In this document: positions 47,077 through 56,855 of the stretch, in pieces
How positions within the stretch are numbered: the stretch's first letter is position 1
How the letters are laid out: each line of letters starts with the position of its first letter
Assembly: GCA_963676835.2 (NCBI GenBank)
Contig: CAXXFF010000002.1
Span: forward strand, 1,875,465-1,939,464
From: Marispirochaeta sp.
Lineage (GTDB): Bacteria; Spirochaetota; Spirochaetia; JC444; Marispirochaetaceae
Reading direction: 5' to 3'
DNA: 64,000 nucleotides
Program-made: the position numbers and the translations under genes
The notes under the pieces: generated by a model
The model's database searches: none
What the model was told of the DNA's origin: nothing
The model's input: only the letters and a program-made list of their open reading frames with translations

Positions 47077-48351
47077 TTACTGAAAGATGAGCCTTGGGAG
47101 CCACATGGAAATGGGCTCGATAAAGGTAACCATCAGAAGAACCGTAACCAGAGGAATGAGAAAGGGAAGAGTAGCCTTGGCGCATTGCTCAAAGGGTACT
47201 TTCGCCACCCTGGAAAGAACGTAGAGAACCATACCTACCGGCGGTGTCAGAAGGCCGATCATAAGGTTGAGCACCATAATAACCCCGAAGTGAATGGGGT
47301 CTACTCCAAGCTTTACAACGGCAGGAAGCAGAACGGGGGTGAGAATGGTAATGGCCGCAATGGTCTCCATAAAGAATCCGACAATAAACAGAATAATATT
47401 GATCAGCATCAGCACAACAAACTTGTTGGTGGAAACCCCTAAAAGAACAGCGGCAAACTTTTCGGTAACCTGGTTGGCCGTAAGAATCCATGCAAAGATG
47501 GAAGCTCCCGCAACAATCAGCATAATAACCGCAGTGGTCTCAATGGTCTCCATACTTACCGCCATAAACTTGCGGAGATTCATGGTGCGGTAGACAAAGC
47601 CCAGTATAAGGGCGTATACAACCGCCGCAATAGCAGCTTCTGTAGGAGTAAAGATACCGGTGGCAATACCGCCGATGATAATAACCGGGGTAAAGAGTGC
47701 CGGAAGGCCTTTAATAAAGGTCTGTCCCAGCCGTTTAATGCTGAAAGTAGCATCCTTGGGGTAGTTTCTCTTTTTGGCGTAGTAGTAAACCATTATGGAG
47801 AGAGCAAGCCCCATGAGCAGCCCCGGAACAAATCCCGCAATGAAGAGTGCTCCGATGGAACTGGATGCCATAACCCCGAAGATAACCATGGGGAGACTCG
47901 GCGGAATAATGGGCCCGATGGTCGCGGAAGATGCGGTAACAGCAACCGAGAAGTCCCGGTCGTAGCCTGCATCGTCCATGGCCTTGATTTCAATGGTTCC
48001 AAGACCACCGGCATCGGCAACGGCCGCACCGGACATACCGGAAAAGATAATACTTGCGCCGATGTTAACGTGTCCCAGTCCTCCGGGAAGCCAGCCTACC
48101 AGGGCCTTGGCAAAATCAAAGATCTGATTGGTAAGTCCCGCGGCATTCATGAGGCTTCCGGCCAGTATAAAGAAGGGAACCGCCAGAAGAGGGAATGAGT
48201 CAACGCCGTTAACCATGCGGTGAAGAATAACGAAATCGGGAACAGCATTGGTCAGATAAACCCAGATCATGGAGGATCCGCCCAGGGCAATGGCGATTGG
48301 AGCGCCGATTACAATGAGCACGAACATGGAAATAAAAAGTACAGCAATCAT
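47077..48351 (-). CDS. dctM: TRAP large permease (copy A)
   Basis: SGAAVAD, IIPPS, FTPTEAA, TPPVG. Confidence 0.95.
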   Translation of the reverse strand: MIAVLFISMFVLIVIGAPIAIALGGSSMIWVYLTNAVPDFVILHRMVNGVDSFPLLAVPFFILAGSLMNAAGLTNQIFDFAKALVGWLPGGLGHVNIGASIIFSGMSGAAVADAGGLGTIEIKAMDDAGYDRDFSVAVTASSATIGPIIPPSLPMVIFGVMASSSIGALFIAGFVPGLLMGLALSIMVYYYAKKRNYPKDATFSIKRLGQTFIKGLPALFTPVIIIGGIATGIFTPTEAAIAAVVYALILGFVYRTMNLRKFMAVSMETIETTAVIMLIVAGASIFAWILTANQVTEKFAAVLLGVSTNKFVVLMLINIILFIVGFFMETIAAITILTPVLLPAVVKLGVDPIHFGVIMVLNLMIGLLTPPVGMVLYVLSRVAKVPFEQCAKATLPFLIPLVTVLLMVTFIEPISMWLPRLIFQ

Positions 48352-48373
48352 AATGTAAGTTCCTCCTCTTGCC

Positions 48374-48937
48374 CTAATCTATGGGTTCCGGCAATGGTGC
48401 GTCCGGATCGTTGATGACAGGAATGTAGCCGGATTTCCAGTGTTTCCATGCAAGCTGGATACTGCGGATAGTCATAATTATGAATCCTGCCATAACCGGA
48501 AAGTAGACATAGGTCATGGGCAGGGGCAGAGAGGCCATGCGTTGGTTTTTCATAATCGGGATAATCCTGATGGAAAGGTACATTCCTACTGCGAAGAAGA
48601 GGATTTTGATGATATCCACCATGGTGGACATTACTCTTCCCACAAGAGGGGGAAGAAAGCGGTAGAATACTTCGACATAGATATGGCCCCTTTTACGGAC
48701 GGCCATAACAGAGCCGAGAAAACCGGTACATATAAGAAGATAGCGGGCAACCTCTTCGGTCCAGACAATGGATGAATTGAGAACATAACGGGAGAAGAAC
48801 TGGGCGAATACCACAGCCGCAAGGGCCCAGAAAACCAGCAGGACCACATAGTCCTCTATGGCGTAATCCTTGAAGTGGAACTCGTAGGTGTTTTCCTCTA
48901 TTTTACCCTTTTCTATATGAGTGTCGTTGGAACTCAT
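48374..48937 (-). CDS. dctQ: TRAP small permease (copy A)
   Basis: QFFSRYVLN, WTEEVARY, HI.V. Confidence 0.92.
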   Translation of the reverse strand: MSSNDTHIEKGKIEENTYEFHFKDYAIEDYVVLLVFWALAAVVFAQFFSRYVLNSSIVWTEEVARYLLICTGFLGSVMAVRKRGHIYVEVFYRFLPPLVGRVMSTMVDIIKILFFAVGMYLSIRIIPIMKNQRMASLPLPMTYVYFPVMAGFIIMTIRSIQLAWKHWKSGYIPVINDPDAPLPEPID

Positions 48938-49006
48938 GAAAAAATACTCCTCAAAAAAAGCGCGGGGAGGAGGTCCCCGCGCAGGATACTTTAAAGAATG
49001 AAATTA

Positions 49007-50011
49007 TCAGTTTGCCAGAGCCTGAAGTTTTTCATACTGCTCGATAGACCATGTGGCCCGTTCTCCGCCTTTAAGCTCGGGAGACACGATATCGATAAAG
49101 GGCTGGCGGTCTACAGGGTTTACTATTACACCCTTCTCTTCGAACCAGGACACAAGGTCCTGTTCTGCCTGCCGGATTTCTTCAGAACAGTTAAAGGATG
49201 ACTGTTTGAAGGTTTTGGTGAAAATCGCTTTCTCCTCATCGGAAAGGCCTGCCCAGATTTTTGGAGATACTATAGTCAGGATTCCGCTGGTTACGTGCTG
49301 GGTAAGATTGATGTATTTCTGTACTTCATAGAACTTCTTTGCCTGGATAGTGGGCAGCGGGTTTTCCTGTGCATCCACAACACCCTGCTGCAGGGCAAGA
49401 TAAACCTCGGCGAAAGCGATAGGTGCGGCATTGGCGCCTACTGCATTGGGGAACATAAGGTGAAGCGGTGCGTTGGGAACACGGATTTTAAGGCCCTTCA
49501 TATCTGCTGGTGTATTGATGGGCTTATTTGAAGTAACGCACCGGGTTCCGTAGTAGATAACGGAAAGAGGACGTGCGCCTCCGGAGGCCTTTTCGTAACC
49601 GTCAGCGAGTTCTTCGAAGAAGTCACTTTCAGCTACATTCATGAAATGCTGATAATCTTTGAACATAAAAGGAGCTTCAAGCATGGCAATAGGACCGTAG
49701 GTACGACCTGCGAAGGAACCGCCGGTGTAGATAAGGTCGATGGTGCCAAGGCTCAGTGCCTGGTTGATATCAGCCTCTTTTCCAAGGGAAGATGCCGGAT
49801 ATACTTCAATTTCAAATTTGCCGTTGGTCTGTTTTTTAATTTCGTCCGCTGCCCAGAGTGCCCATGTGTGATAGGGTTCACTGGATTCATAAACGTGGGC
49901 CAGTTTCAGATTGATTGGTCCGTCAGCTGCTGCTTGCTCTCCCTGTCCATTGGCAAACATAAGTGCCGTACTTACCAGAATCATGGTAACAACGAGTAGG
50001 GTTTTTTTCAT
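49007..50011 (-). CDS. dctP: TRAP substrate-binding protein (SiaP-like, copy A)
   Basis: KIRVP, EVYLALQQGVVDAQEN, FYEVQ. Confidence 0.93.
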   Translation of the reverse strand: MKKTLLVVTMILVSTALMFANGQGEQAAADGPINLKLAHVYESSEPYHTWALWAADEIKKQTNGKFEIEVYPASSLGKEADINQALSLGTIDLIYTGGSFAGRTYGPIAMLEAPFMFKDYQHFMNVAESDFFEELADGYEKASGGARPLSVIYYGTRCVTSNKPINTPADMKGLKIRVPNAPLHLMFPNAVGANAAPIAFAEVYLALQQGVVDAQENPLPTIQAKKFYEVQKYINLTQHVTSGILTIVSPKIWAGLSDEEKAIFTKTFKQSSFNCSEEIRQAEQDLVSWFEEKGVIVNPVDRQPFIDIVSPELKGGERATWSIEQYEKLQALAN

Positions 50012-50269
50012 ATTCTCCTTTTCCTCCGAAAAATAGTTTTTACAGAAACCGATCGTTCAAGAAATGGTTAACCAATTTCTGTTGTGTAGATATTGTATTT
50101 TCAGGAGAAAAGATCTGGCTATGTCGATTTTTTACCTTTTTTGCGTGAAATTTACTTTTTTATGGTTTTCCGCAGTTTTTACAGCACTGTCAGCGTATAT
50201 TGACTGGTTCCGGGAAGCCTGGAACCGTCAAATCAGGACCAAAATAAGATTTTGGCGTAGTAGTAGACT

Positions 50270-50689
50270 CTAAAAATCCTGTTCCAAGGGATTAAGCAAC
50301 AATACACCGCGATAATTTTGACCTGCATTCAGGTCTTCCGAAAATACAAATTCGCACTTTGCTTTTTCTGCGGCTGCAATGATCAATGAATCCCAAAATG
50401 ACAATTGAGAAATAACACTTATGTCTATTGCTTCTTCGATTAATGGTAAATCATTGTTCACAACTTCCATATTTTGAAAATTATGAATAATGTTTTTTAC
50501 AATTATTGGTTCTGCGTTGAGTTTTTTGGTGGCAACAACAAAGAACTCTTTTATAACCTGTGTTGATATTACGGGATGATGTTTATTGATTATTTGTTGT
50601 AAAACAGCTCTTGCCCGTTCATGCTTTTGTTTATCTGTTGTATCAAGGGTATATACCAGAATGTTAGTATCAATGAATATTTTAGACAC
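50270..50689 (-). CDS. vapC: PIN-domain (VapC-like) toxin
   Basis: FIDTNILVY, STQVIKE, SFWDSLI, SED; probable GTG start overlapping antitoxin stop. Confidence 0.88.
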   Translation of the reverse strand: MSKIFIDTNILVYTLDTTDKQKHERARAVLQQIINKHHPVISTQVIKEFFVVATKKLNAEPIIVKNIIHNFQNMEVVNNDLPLIEEAIDISVISQLSFWDSLIIAAAEKAKCEFVFSEDLNAGQNYRGVLLLNPLEQDF

Positions 50690-50906
50690 GATATAGCTCT
50701 TCTCTTGTCCATTTATTTTCACTCGATGATACCTGGATTTTATCCATTAACGTAAATGTATCGCTTAGCCATTTATCTTTTTGAGGTATTACTGTCTGCT
50801 CTATTAATTTTCTTACAAGAACATTAAACGACATATCATGGGCACGAGCGTATTCTCTACCAGCCTGTAAAATATCGTCATCAATAGACAGGGTAATGTT
50901 TTTCAT
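50682..50906 (-). CDS. Ribbon-helix-helix antitoxin (VapB-like)
   Basis: 74 aa, MKNITLSID...WTREELY, immediately upstream of the PIN gene. Confidence 0.82.
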   Translation of the reverse strand: MKNITLSIDDDILQAGREYARAHDMSFNVLVRKLIEQTVIPQKDKWLSDTFTLMDKIQVSSSENKWTREELYRV

Positions 50907-51017
50907 AACAGACTCCTTTACACAGTTTATGTGCGCACAATATGTATGTCAATAATACTTAAAACTGTCCACAATGATTATACTTTCAAAGAAATATTTC
51001 TATCTTCCTGATCTGCT

Positions 51018-51052
51018 GAAAAAAAAGCCCTGCAAAATTCCTGCAGGGCTTT
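51018..51052 (-). terminator. Intrinsic terminator after dctM copy B
   Basis: aaaagccctgca...tgcagggcttt. Confidence 0.7.
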
Positions 51053-51071
51053 GATGGGTTAAAATGAATAC

Positions 51072-52346
51072 TTACTGAAAGATGAGCCTTGGAAGCCACA
51101 TGGAAATGGGCTCGATAAAGGTAACCATCAGAAGAACCGTAACCAGAGGAATGAGAAAGGGAAGGGTAGCCTTGGCGCATTGTTCAAAGGGAACTTTCGC
51201 CACCCTGGAGAGAACATAGAGAACCATACCTACCGGGGGGGTGAGAAGACCGATCATGAGGTTGAGCACCATAATAACACCGAAGTGAATTGGATCAACT
51301 CCAAGCTTTACAACAGCAGGAAGCAGAACGGGGGTGAGAATGGTAATGGCCGCAATGGTCTCCATGAAGAATCCGACAATAAACAGAATAATATTGATCA
51401 GCATCAGCACAACAAACTTGTTGGTGGAAACCCCTAAAAGAACAGCGGCAAACTTTTCGGTAACCTGGTTGGCCGTAAGAATCCATGCAAAGATGGAAGC
51501 TCCCGCAACAATCAGCATAATAACCGCAGTGGTCTCAATGGTCTCCATACTGACCGCCATAAACTTGCGGAGATTCATGGTGCGGTAGACAAAGCCCAGT
51601 ATAAGGGCGTATACAACCGCCGCAATAGCAGCTTCTGTAGGAGTAAAGATCCCGGTGGCAATACCGCCGATGATAATAACCGGGGTAAAGAGTGCCGGAA
51701 GGCCTTTAATAAAGGTCTGTCCCAGCCGTTTAATGCTGAAAGTGGCATCTTTGGGGTAGTTTCTCTTTTTGGCGTAGTAGTAAACCATTATGGAGAGAGC
51801 AAGCCCCATGAGCAGCCCCGGAACAAATCCTGCAATGAAGAGTGCTCCGATGGAACTGGATGCCATAACCCCGAAGATAACCATGGGAAGGCTCGGGGGA
51901 ATAATGGGCCCGATGGTCGCGGAAGATGCGGTAACAGCAACCGAGAAGTCCCGGTCATAGCCTGCATCGTCCATGGCCTTGATTTCAATGGTTCCAAGAC
52001 CACCCGCATCGGCAACAGCGGCACCGGACATACCGGAAAAGATAATACTTGCGCCGATGTTAACATGACCCAGACCGCCGGGGAGCCAGCCTACCAGAGC
52101 CTTGGCAAAGTCAAAGATCTGATTGGTGAGGCCCGCCGCATTCATCAGGCTTCCGGCCAGGATAAAGAATGGAACAGCCAGAAGGGGAAATGAGTCTACG
52201 CCGTTAACCATACGGTGGAGAATAACGAAATCGGGAACTGCCTTGGTCAGATAAACCCAGATCATGGAGGACCCGCCCAGGGCAATGGCGATTGGAGCGC
52301 CGATTACAATGAGCACGAACATGGAAATAAAAAGTACAGCAATCAT
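51072..52346 (-). CDS. dctM: TRAP large permease (copy B)
   Basis: Protein appears identical to copy A except residue 35. Confidence 0.95.
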   Translation of the reverse strand: MIAVLFISMFVLIVIGAPIAIALGGSSMIWVYLTKAVPDFVILHRMVNGVDSFPLLAVPFFILAGSLMNAAGLTNQIFDFAKALVGWLPGGLGHVNIGASIIFSGMSGAAVADAGGLGTIEIKAMDDAGYDRDFSVAVTASSATIGPIIPPSLPMVIFGVMASSSIGALFIAGFVPGLLMGLALSIMVYYYAKKRNYPKDATFSIKRLGQTFIKGLPALFTPVIIIGGIATGIFTPTEAAIAAVVYALILGFVYRTMNLRKFMAVSMETIETTAVIMLIVAGASIFAWILTANQVTEKFAAVLLGVSTNKFVVLMLINIILFIVGFFMETIAAITILTPVLLPAVVKLGVDPIHFGVIMVLNLMIGLLTPPVGMVLYVLSRVAKVPFEQCAKATLPFLIPLVTVLLMVTFIEPISMWLPRLIFQ

Positions 52347-52368
52347 AATGTAATTTCCTCCTCTCGCC

Positions 52369-52950
52369 CTAATCTATTGGTTCCGGCAGGGGTGCGTCCG
52401 GATCGTTGATGACGGGAATGTAGCCGGATTTCCAGTGTTTCCATGCAAGCTGGATACTGCGGATAGTCATGATTATGAAGCCTGCCATAACCGGAAAATA
52501 GACATAGGTCATGGGCAGGGGCAGAGAGGCCATGCGCTGATTTTTCATAATCGGGATAATCCGGATGGAAAGGTACATCCCAACTGCGAAGAAGAGGATC
52601 TTGATGATATCCACCATGGTGGACATTACTCTTCCCACAAGAGGGGGAAGAAAACGGTAGAAAACCTCGACATAGATATGGCCCCTTTTACGGACGGCCA
52701 TAACTGAGCCGAGAAAACCTGTACATATAAGAAGGTAGCGGGCAACCTCTTCGGTCCAGACAATGGACGAATTGAGAACATAGCGGGAGAAGAACTGGGC
52801 GAATACCACAGCCGCAAGGGCCCAGAAGACCAGAAGGACCACATAGTCCTCTATGGCGTAATCCTTGAAGTGGAACTCGTAGGTGTTTTCTTCGATTTTT
52901 CCCTTATTTTTGTTGTCTGCATCCTGGGGCTGATTGGTATCATCTGGCAT
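52369..52950 (-). CDS. dctQ: TRAP small permease (copy B)
   Basis: Appears identical to copy A after the N-terminal tail. Confidence 0.92.
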   Translation of the reverse strand: MPDDTNQPQDADNKNKGKIEENTYEFHFKDYAIEDYVVLLVFWALAAVVFAQFFSRYVLNSSIVWTEEVARYLLICTGFLGSVMAVRKRGHIYVEVFYRFLPPLVGRVMSTMVDIIKILFFAVGMYLSIRIIPIMKNQRMASLPLPMTYVYFPVMAGFIIMTIRSIQLAWKHWKSGYIPVINDPDAPLPEPID

Positions 52951-53036
52951 ACAAGCAACTCCTTTGTGTGTTGATAAAAAGCAGAACGCGGGGACATTGT
53001 GTCCCCGCGTATGGATAGTTAAAATCTTAAAAAGGT

Positions 53037-54056
53037 TTAGTCGGCCAGAGCCTGTACGGCTTTGTACTGATCAACAGTCCAGGTCATTCTGGGGTTGGAA
53101 GTGTCGGTCAGACTGGGCATTGCAGCATCCATAAAAAGGCTGCGCTGAACATCTTCGTTAACAGTAATACCCTGCTCACGGAACCAGGGAATAAGGTCAA
53201 CTTCTGCTTTGTCGATGTCGGCAGATGCTTTTGCTGCGGCCTGCTGGAATACCTCATCAAAGAGAGCCTTGTCACTGTCGGAAAGCTTGTTCCAGGTGTT
53301 TGAACCTACGATGGTAACCAAGTTGTTGACAATGTGTTTTGTCATGTTGATGTATTCCTGTACTTCGTAGAATTTCTTGGCCTTGATGGTGGGAAGGGGG
53401 TTTTCCTGTGCATCAACAACACCCTGCTGCAGTGCAAGGTAAACCTCTGCGAAAGCGATAGGTGCAGCATTGGCGCCTACTGCTTCGGTGAACATAAGGT
53501 AAAGAGGTGCATTGGGAACACGAATCTTAAGGCCTTTCATGTCTGCAGGAGTATTGATGGGTTTGTTGGATGTAACACAGCGGGCACCATAGTAGGTCAG
53601 TGAGCTGATATGGTTTCCGCCGGAAGCTGCTTTGTATCCTTCACCGAACTCTTTAAGGATGTCGCTGCCGGCAAATTTCTGCCAGTGGGCAAAGTTCTTG
53701 AACATGAAAGGTGCTTCGGACATGGCAATGGGGCCGTAGGTATTACCGATGAAAGCTGCACCGGCGTATACAATGTCTACAGTTCCAAGGCTCAGGCCCT
53801 GAACAATGTCTGCTTCCTTACCAAGGGAAGAAGCGGGATACACTTCGATGTTGTAGCGTCCGTCTGTCCGTTTTGCAACTTCGTCGGCCGCCCACAGGGC
53901 GTATTTGTGATATGCTTCACTGGTTTCATACACATGAGCCCACTTCAGGGTTACAGGTTCTGCTGAACCGCCGTCTGCGGATTCTCCCTGACCATTGGCG
54001 AAAACAGTTCCGGCGGCAATCATCAGGATAAGTAAAGCTAACATAAGTTTTTTCAT
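53037..54056 (-). CDS. dctP: TRAP substrate-binding protein (copy B)
   Basis: Same motifs as copy A but clearly diverged. Confidence 0.93.
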   Translation of the reverse strand: MKKLMLALLILMIAAGTVFANGQGESADGGSAEPVTLKWAHVYETSEAYHKYALWAADEVAKRTDGRYNIEVYPASSLGKEADIVQGLSLGTVDIVYAGAAFIGNTYGPIAMSEAPFMFKNFAHWQKFAGSDILKEFGEGYKAASGGNHISSLTYYGARCVTSNKPINTPADMKGLKIRVPNAPLYLMFTEAVGANAAPIAFAEVYLALQQGVVDAQENPLPTIKAKKFYEVQEYINMTKHIVNNLVTIVGSNTWNKLSDSDKALFDEVFQQAAAKASADIDKAEVDLIPWFREQGITVNEDVQRSLFMDAAMPSLTDTSNPRMTWTVDQYKAVQALAD

Positions 54057-54266
54057 TTTGACCTCCTTAAGTCAATTGAATAGCTGAATACAATCTTCTC
54101 ATGACATAACTCAGGGGTCAAGAAAAACTCTTTGTTTGTATACTAAATCATGATATACTGTCGCAACTTATCGATATTTTTTTACTTACACCCAAATCAG
54201 CCGGTGTAGGTTCTTTCCTGACAAATAAATAGTGCTCTGGAAAGAATTGCAAATGGAGGGCCGTAA

Positions 54267-55247
54267 ATGGCAGCAATGAAAGCAGTAATAGTTGATGACC
54301 GCTACGAAAGTCATCATCTTGAAAAAGAGGAATTTGCCCAGGTAGGGGCGGAAGTTGTTGAGCTTACAACCACCAATCCCTCGGAAGACGAAATCCTGGC
54401 AGTCTGCAAGGATGCAGATGCGATAGTAGTGAACCTTGCGGATATTACCGGAAACGTAATCCGCGGACTTGAGAAATGTAAGGTTATTGCCCGCTACGGC
54501 GTAGGTTTTGACAATGTTGATGCAGCGGCTGCAACAGAAAAAGGCATTAGGATTGTTAACGTTCCCGATTACTGTATGGAAGAAGTTTCCGATCAGGCCA
54601 TGGCTCTGTTTATGGCAGGTGCACGGCAGATCCGTTACCGTGACAGCCTGATCCGCGGCGGTGGATGGAATACCGATGGAATCGGACCCATGTACCGTCT
54701 TGCAGGACGGAAATTCGGAATTGTCGGCTACGGACATATTCCCCGGGCACTGCACAGGAAGCTTAAGGGATTCAATTTTGCAGAAATTCTCATCTCCGAT
54801 CCCTTTGTTCCTGAAGCAGATGTTAAGGCTGCCGGTGGTACTCTAGTTGATTTCGATACCCTTATTAAAGAAGCGGACTTTGTTTCCATCCATGCACCCC
54901 TTATGGATTCAACAAAACACATGTTCAATGCTGATGTATTCAAGAAGATGAAAAAGACCGCCGGAGTAATCAACACTTCCCGGGGTGGTCTTATCGATAC
55001 CAATGCTCTGGTTGATGCCCTGAAAAACGGAGAAATTGCCTGGGCAGGTCTTGATGTGCATGAGCAGGAGCCGGTTGCGAAGGATTATCCTCTCTTTGAA
55101 ATGGAGAATGTAGTTCTTTCCGACCACAAGGGATTCTACTCTGAAGAATCTCTGCAGGATCTGCAGATGAAGGCTGCCCGTTACGCCGCACAGGTTCTCA
55201 AGGGAGAAACTCCTGCAAGCGTTGTTAACAAGGCTGTACTTAAGTAG
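54267..55247 (+). CDS. D-isomer-specific 2-hydroxyacid dehydrogenase (CtBP/SerA-like)
   Basis: RYGVGFDN, GYGHI, INTSRG, LDV.EQEP, H..FYS. Confidence 0.9.
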   Translation: MAAMKAVIVDDRYESHHLEKEEFAQVGAEVVELTTTNPSEDEILAVCKDADAIVVNLADITGNVIRGLEKCKVIARYGVGFDNVDAAAATEKGIRIVNVPDYCMEEVSDQAMALFMAGARQIRYRDSLIRGGGWNTDGIGPMYRLAGRKFGIVGYGHIPRALHRKLKGFNFAEILISDPFVPEADVKAAGGTLVDFDTLIKEADFVSIHAPLMDSTKHMFNADVFKKMKKTAGVINTSRGGLIDTNALVDALKNGEIAWAGLDVHEQEPVAKDYPLFEMENVVLSDHKGFYSEESLQDLQMKAARYAAQVLKGETPASVVNKAVLK

Positions 55248-55258
55248 AACTGATTTTA

Positions 55259-55424
55259 CTTAAAGGCACTTCTAAAAACGTAGTATTTTTGCCATAGCCT
55301 AGGAGGATAGATTTTATAGCGCCCGCACCCTGCACCAAAATTGTTTTGGTGCAGGGGAGGACCGCGGGAAATCTTGACGACGCAGGATATGGAGAAAAGA
55401 GTAGTTTTTAGAGGTGGCCTTAAG
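55259..55424. mobile_element. MITE-like non-autonomous element
   Basis: Terminal inverted repeats cttaaaggcacttctaaaaac / gtttttagaggtggccttaag (18/21 match), TTAA at both ends, internal hairpin, no ORF. Confidence 0.6.
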
Positions 55425-55431
55425 AAGATAT

Positions 55432-55528
55432 TAGCCGCCGGAGAGAAAATCCCCGGCGGCTTTTTTATGGGTTTCCGGCTGTGGTGAAATAAAATAAGCC
55501 CTGTGCTGTTGAAGCCCAGGGCTTATTT
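55432..55528. terminator. Two back-to-back terminators of convergent genes
   Basis: agccgccgg..ccggcggctttttt and aaataagccctg..cagggcttattt. Confidence 0.65.
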
Positions 55529-55551
55529 ACCTGTATGGATGAAAAAGGAGC

Positions 55552-56358
55552 TTACACTCCAAGCGCCGAGGTGATTCCGCCGTCTACCGGCAGCACTGCT
55601 CCGGTAATGAAGCTTGCCGCATCGGATACAAGAAATACAACGGCAGCACCTATTTCATCGGGAGTACCGTAGCGGTGCATGGGCACCTGATTCATCACGG
55701 TCTTTCCCCTTTCGGTGGGTTCTCCGGTTTTTTCATCAAAGAGGAGGAAGCGGTTCTGCTCGGTAAGCAGGAATCCCGGTGCAACTGCATTGACCCGGAT
55801 GTCCGCGGAGTAGGTCTGGGCCATATGTACCGCCAGCCACTTGGTGAAGTTGTTGGTCGCCCCTTTTCCATTGGAGTAGGTGAGCGCCCGGCTTACGGGA
55901 AGTATCCCTGTAATGGACGATATGTTTACAATAGCTCCGTGTCCCTGTTTGGCGAAAACCCTTCCTGCAGCCTGTGATCCCATGACCGCGGAAAGATAGT
56001 TCAGATCCATTACCTTGCGCATATCCTCAGGTAGGATATCAAAGAACTCAAGATCTTCTGAAGTGGTGGTAGCCGGGCGGCTGCCGCCGGCACAGTTAAC
56101 CAGGATGTCCAGGCCGCCCAGAAGCTCAACGGATCTGTCCGTGGCCTTCTGAATAGATGCGGCATCGGTTACATCGCAGACAACGGGGTAGGCCTTGTCG
56201 GTTCCGATCTCTTCTGCTTTTTTTTGTGCGTTCTCTTCAAAGATGTCCCATATAGCAACTTTTGCACCTTCGGAGGCAAGTATTGATGCAATACTGCCGC
56301 CGATTACGCCGCCGGCGCCGGTGACGATCGCTTTTTTCCCTTCAAGACCTAGGTTCAT
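55552..56358 (-). CDS. SDR, similar to SDR-type D-mannonate oxidoreductase (UxuB/YjmF)
   Basis: TGAGGVIG, Y...K..NFTKWLAVH, PGF.LTEQNR.LL. Confidence 0.8.
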   Translation of the reverse strand: MNLGLEGKKAIVTGAGGVIGGSIASILASEGAKVAIWDIFEENAQKKAEEIGTDKAYPVVCDVTDAASIQKATDRSVELLGGLDILVNCAGGSRPATTTSEDLEFFDILPEDMRKVMDLNYLSAVMGSQAAGRVFAKQGHGAIVNISSITGILPVSRALTYSNGKGATNNFTKWLAVHMAQTYSADIRVNAVAPGFLLTEQNRFLLFDEKTGEPTERGKTVMNQVPMHRYGTPDEIGAAVVFLVSDAASFITGAVLPVDGGITSALGV

Positions 56359-56783
56359 GTCTGGCGAACCTCAACAATCTCTCCGTCGGGCCCCTTGAAA
56401 AAACAGATCCAGACGCCGGGGCGGTACTCTACGGGTTCGCTTAAGAATTCAACTCCATGATCAACCAGCATCTGGTAATCTGCACGGGTATCGGTGGATT
56501 TCAGGCTGAAGTGGATAAGACCGTTGTCCGCCTGGGTAAAGTCTGCAGGCATGGGCCGTCCCACGGGGGTAAGGTACTGAAAAAGTTCCAGCATAACATC
56601 GCCCAGATAGAGGTGGGCAATTCGGGGGGCTGCTCCCGGCAGGGCAACAACCTTGGGCTGAGGCAGCTTGGGGTCCGGTTCGAGCCGCATCTTAACTTCA
56701 AAACCGATCAGGTCCCGGTAAAACTCGATTGAACGTTCTATGTCTTTTACGCTCAATGCTACATGTTCCAGTTTTGTAAACAT
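56355..56783 (-). CDS. VOC/glyoxalase-family protein
   Basis: HVALSV.D.ERS..FY, LELF, HF, GPDGE.VE. Confidence 0.88.
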   Translation of the reverse strand: MFTKLEHVALSVKDIERSIEFYRDLIGFEVKMRLEPDPKLPQPKVVALPGAAPRIAHLYLGDVMLELFQYLTPVGRPMPADFTQADNGLIHFSLKSTDTRADYQMLVDHGVEFLSEPVEYRPGVWICFFKGPDGEIVEVRQT

Positions 56784-56855
56784 ATAATATGCTCCTAAAA
56801 ATTTATTAAAACAGAACGGCCATAGGTCTTTCTGCATAGTCCATTGTTCAGCGGA

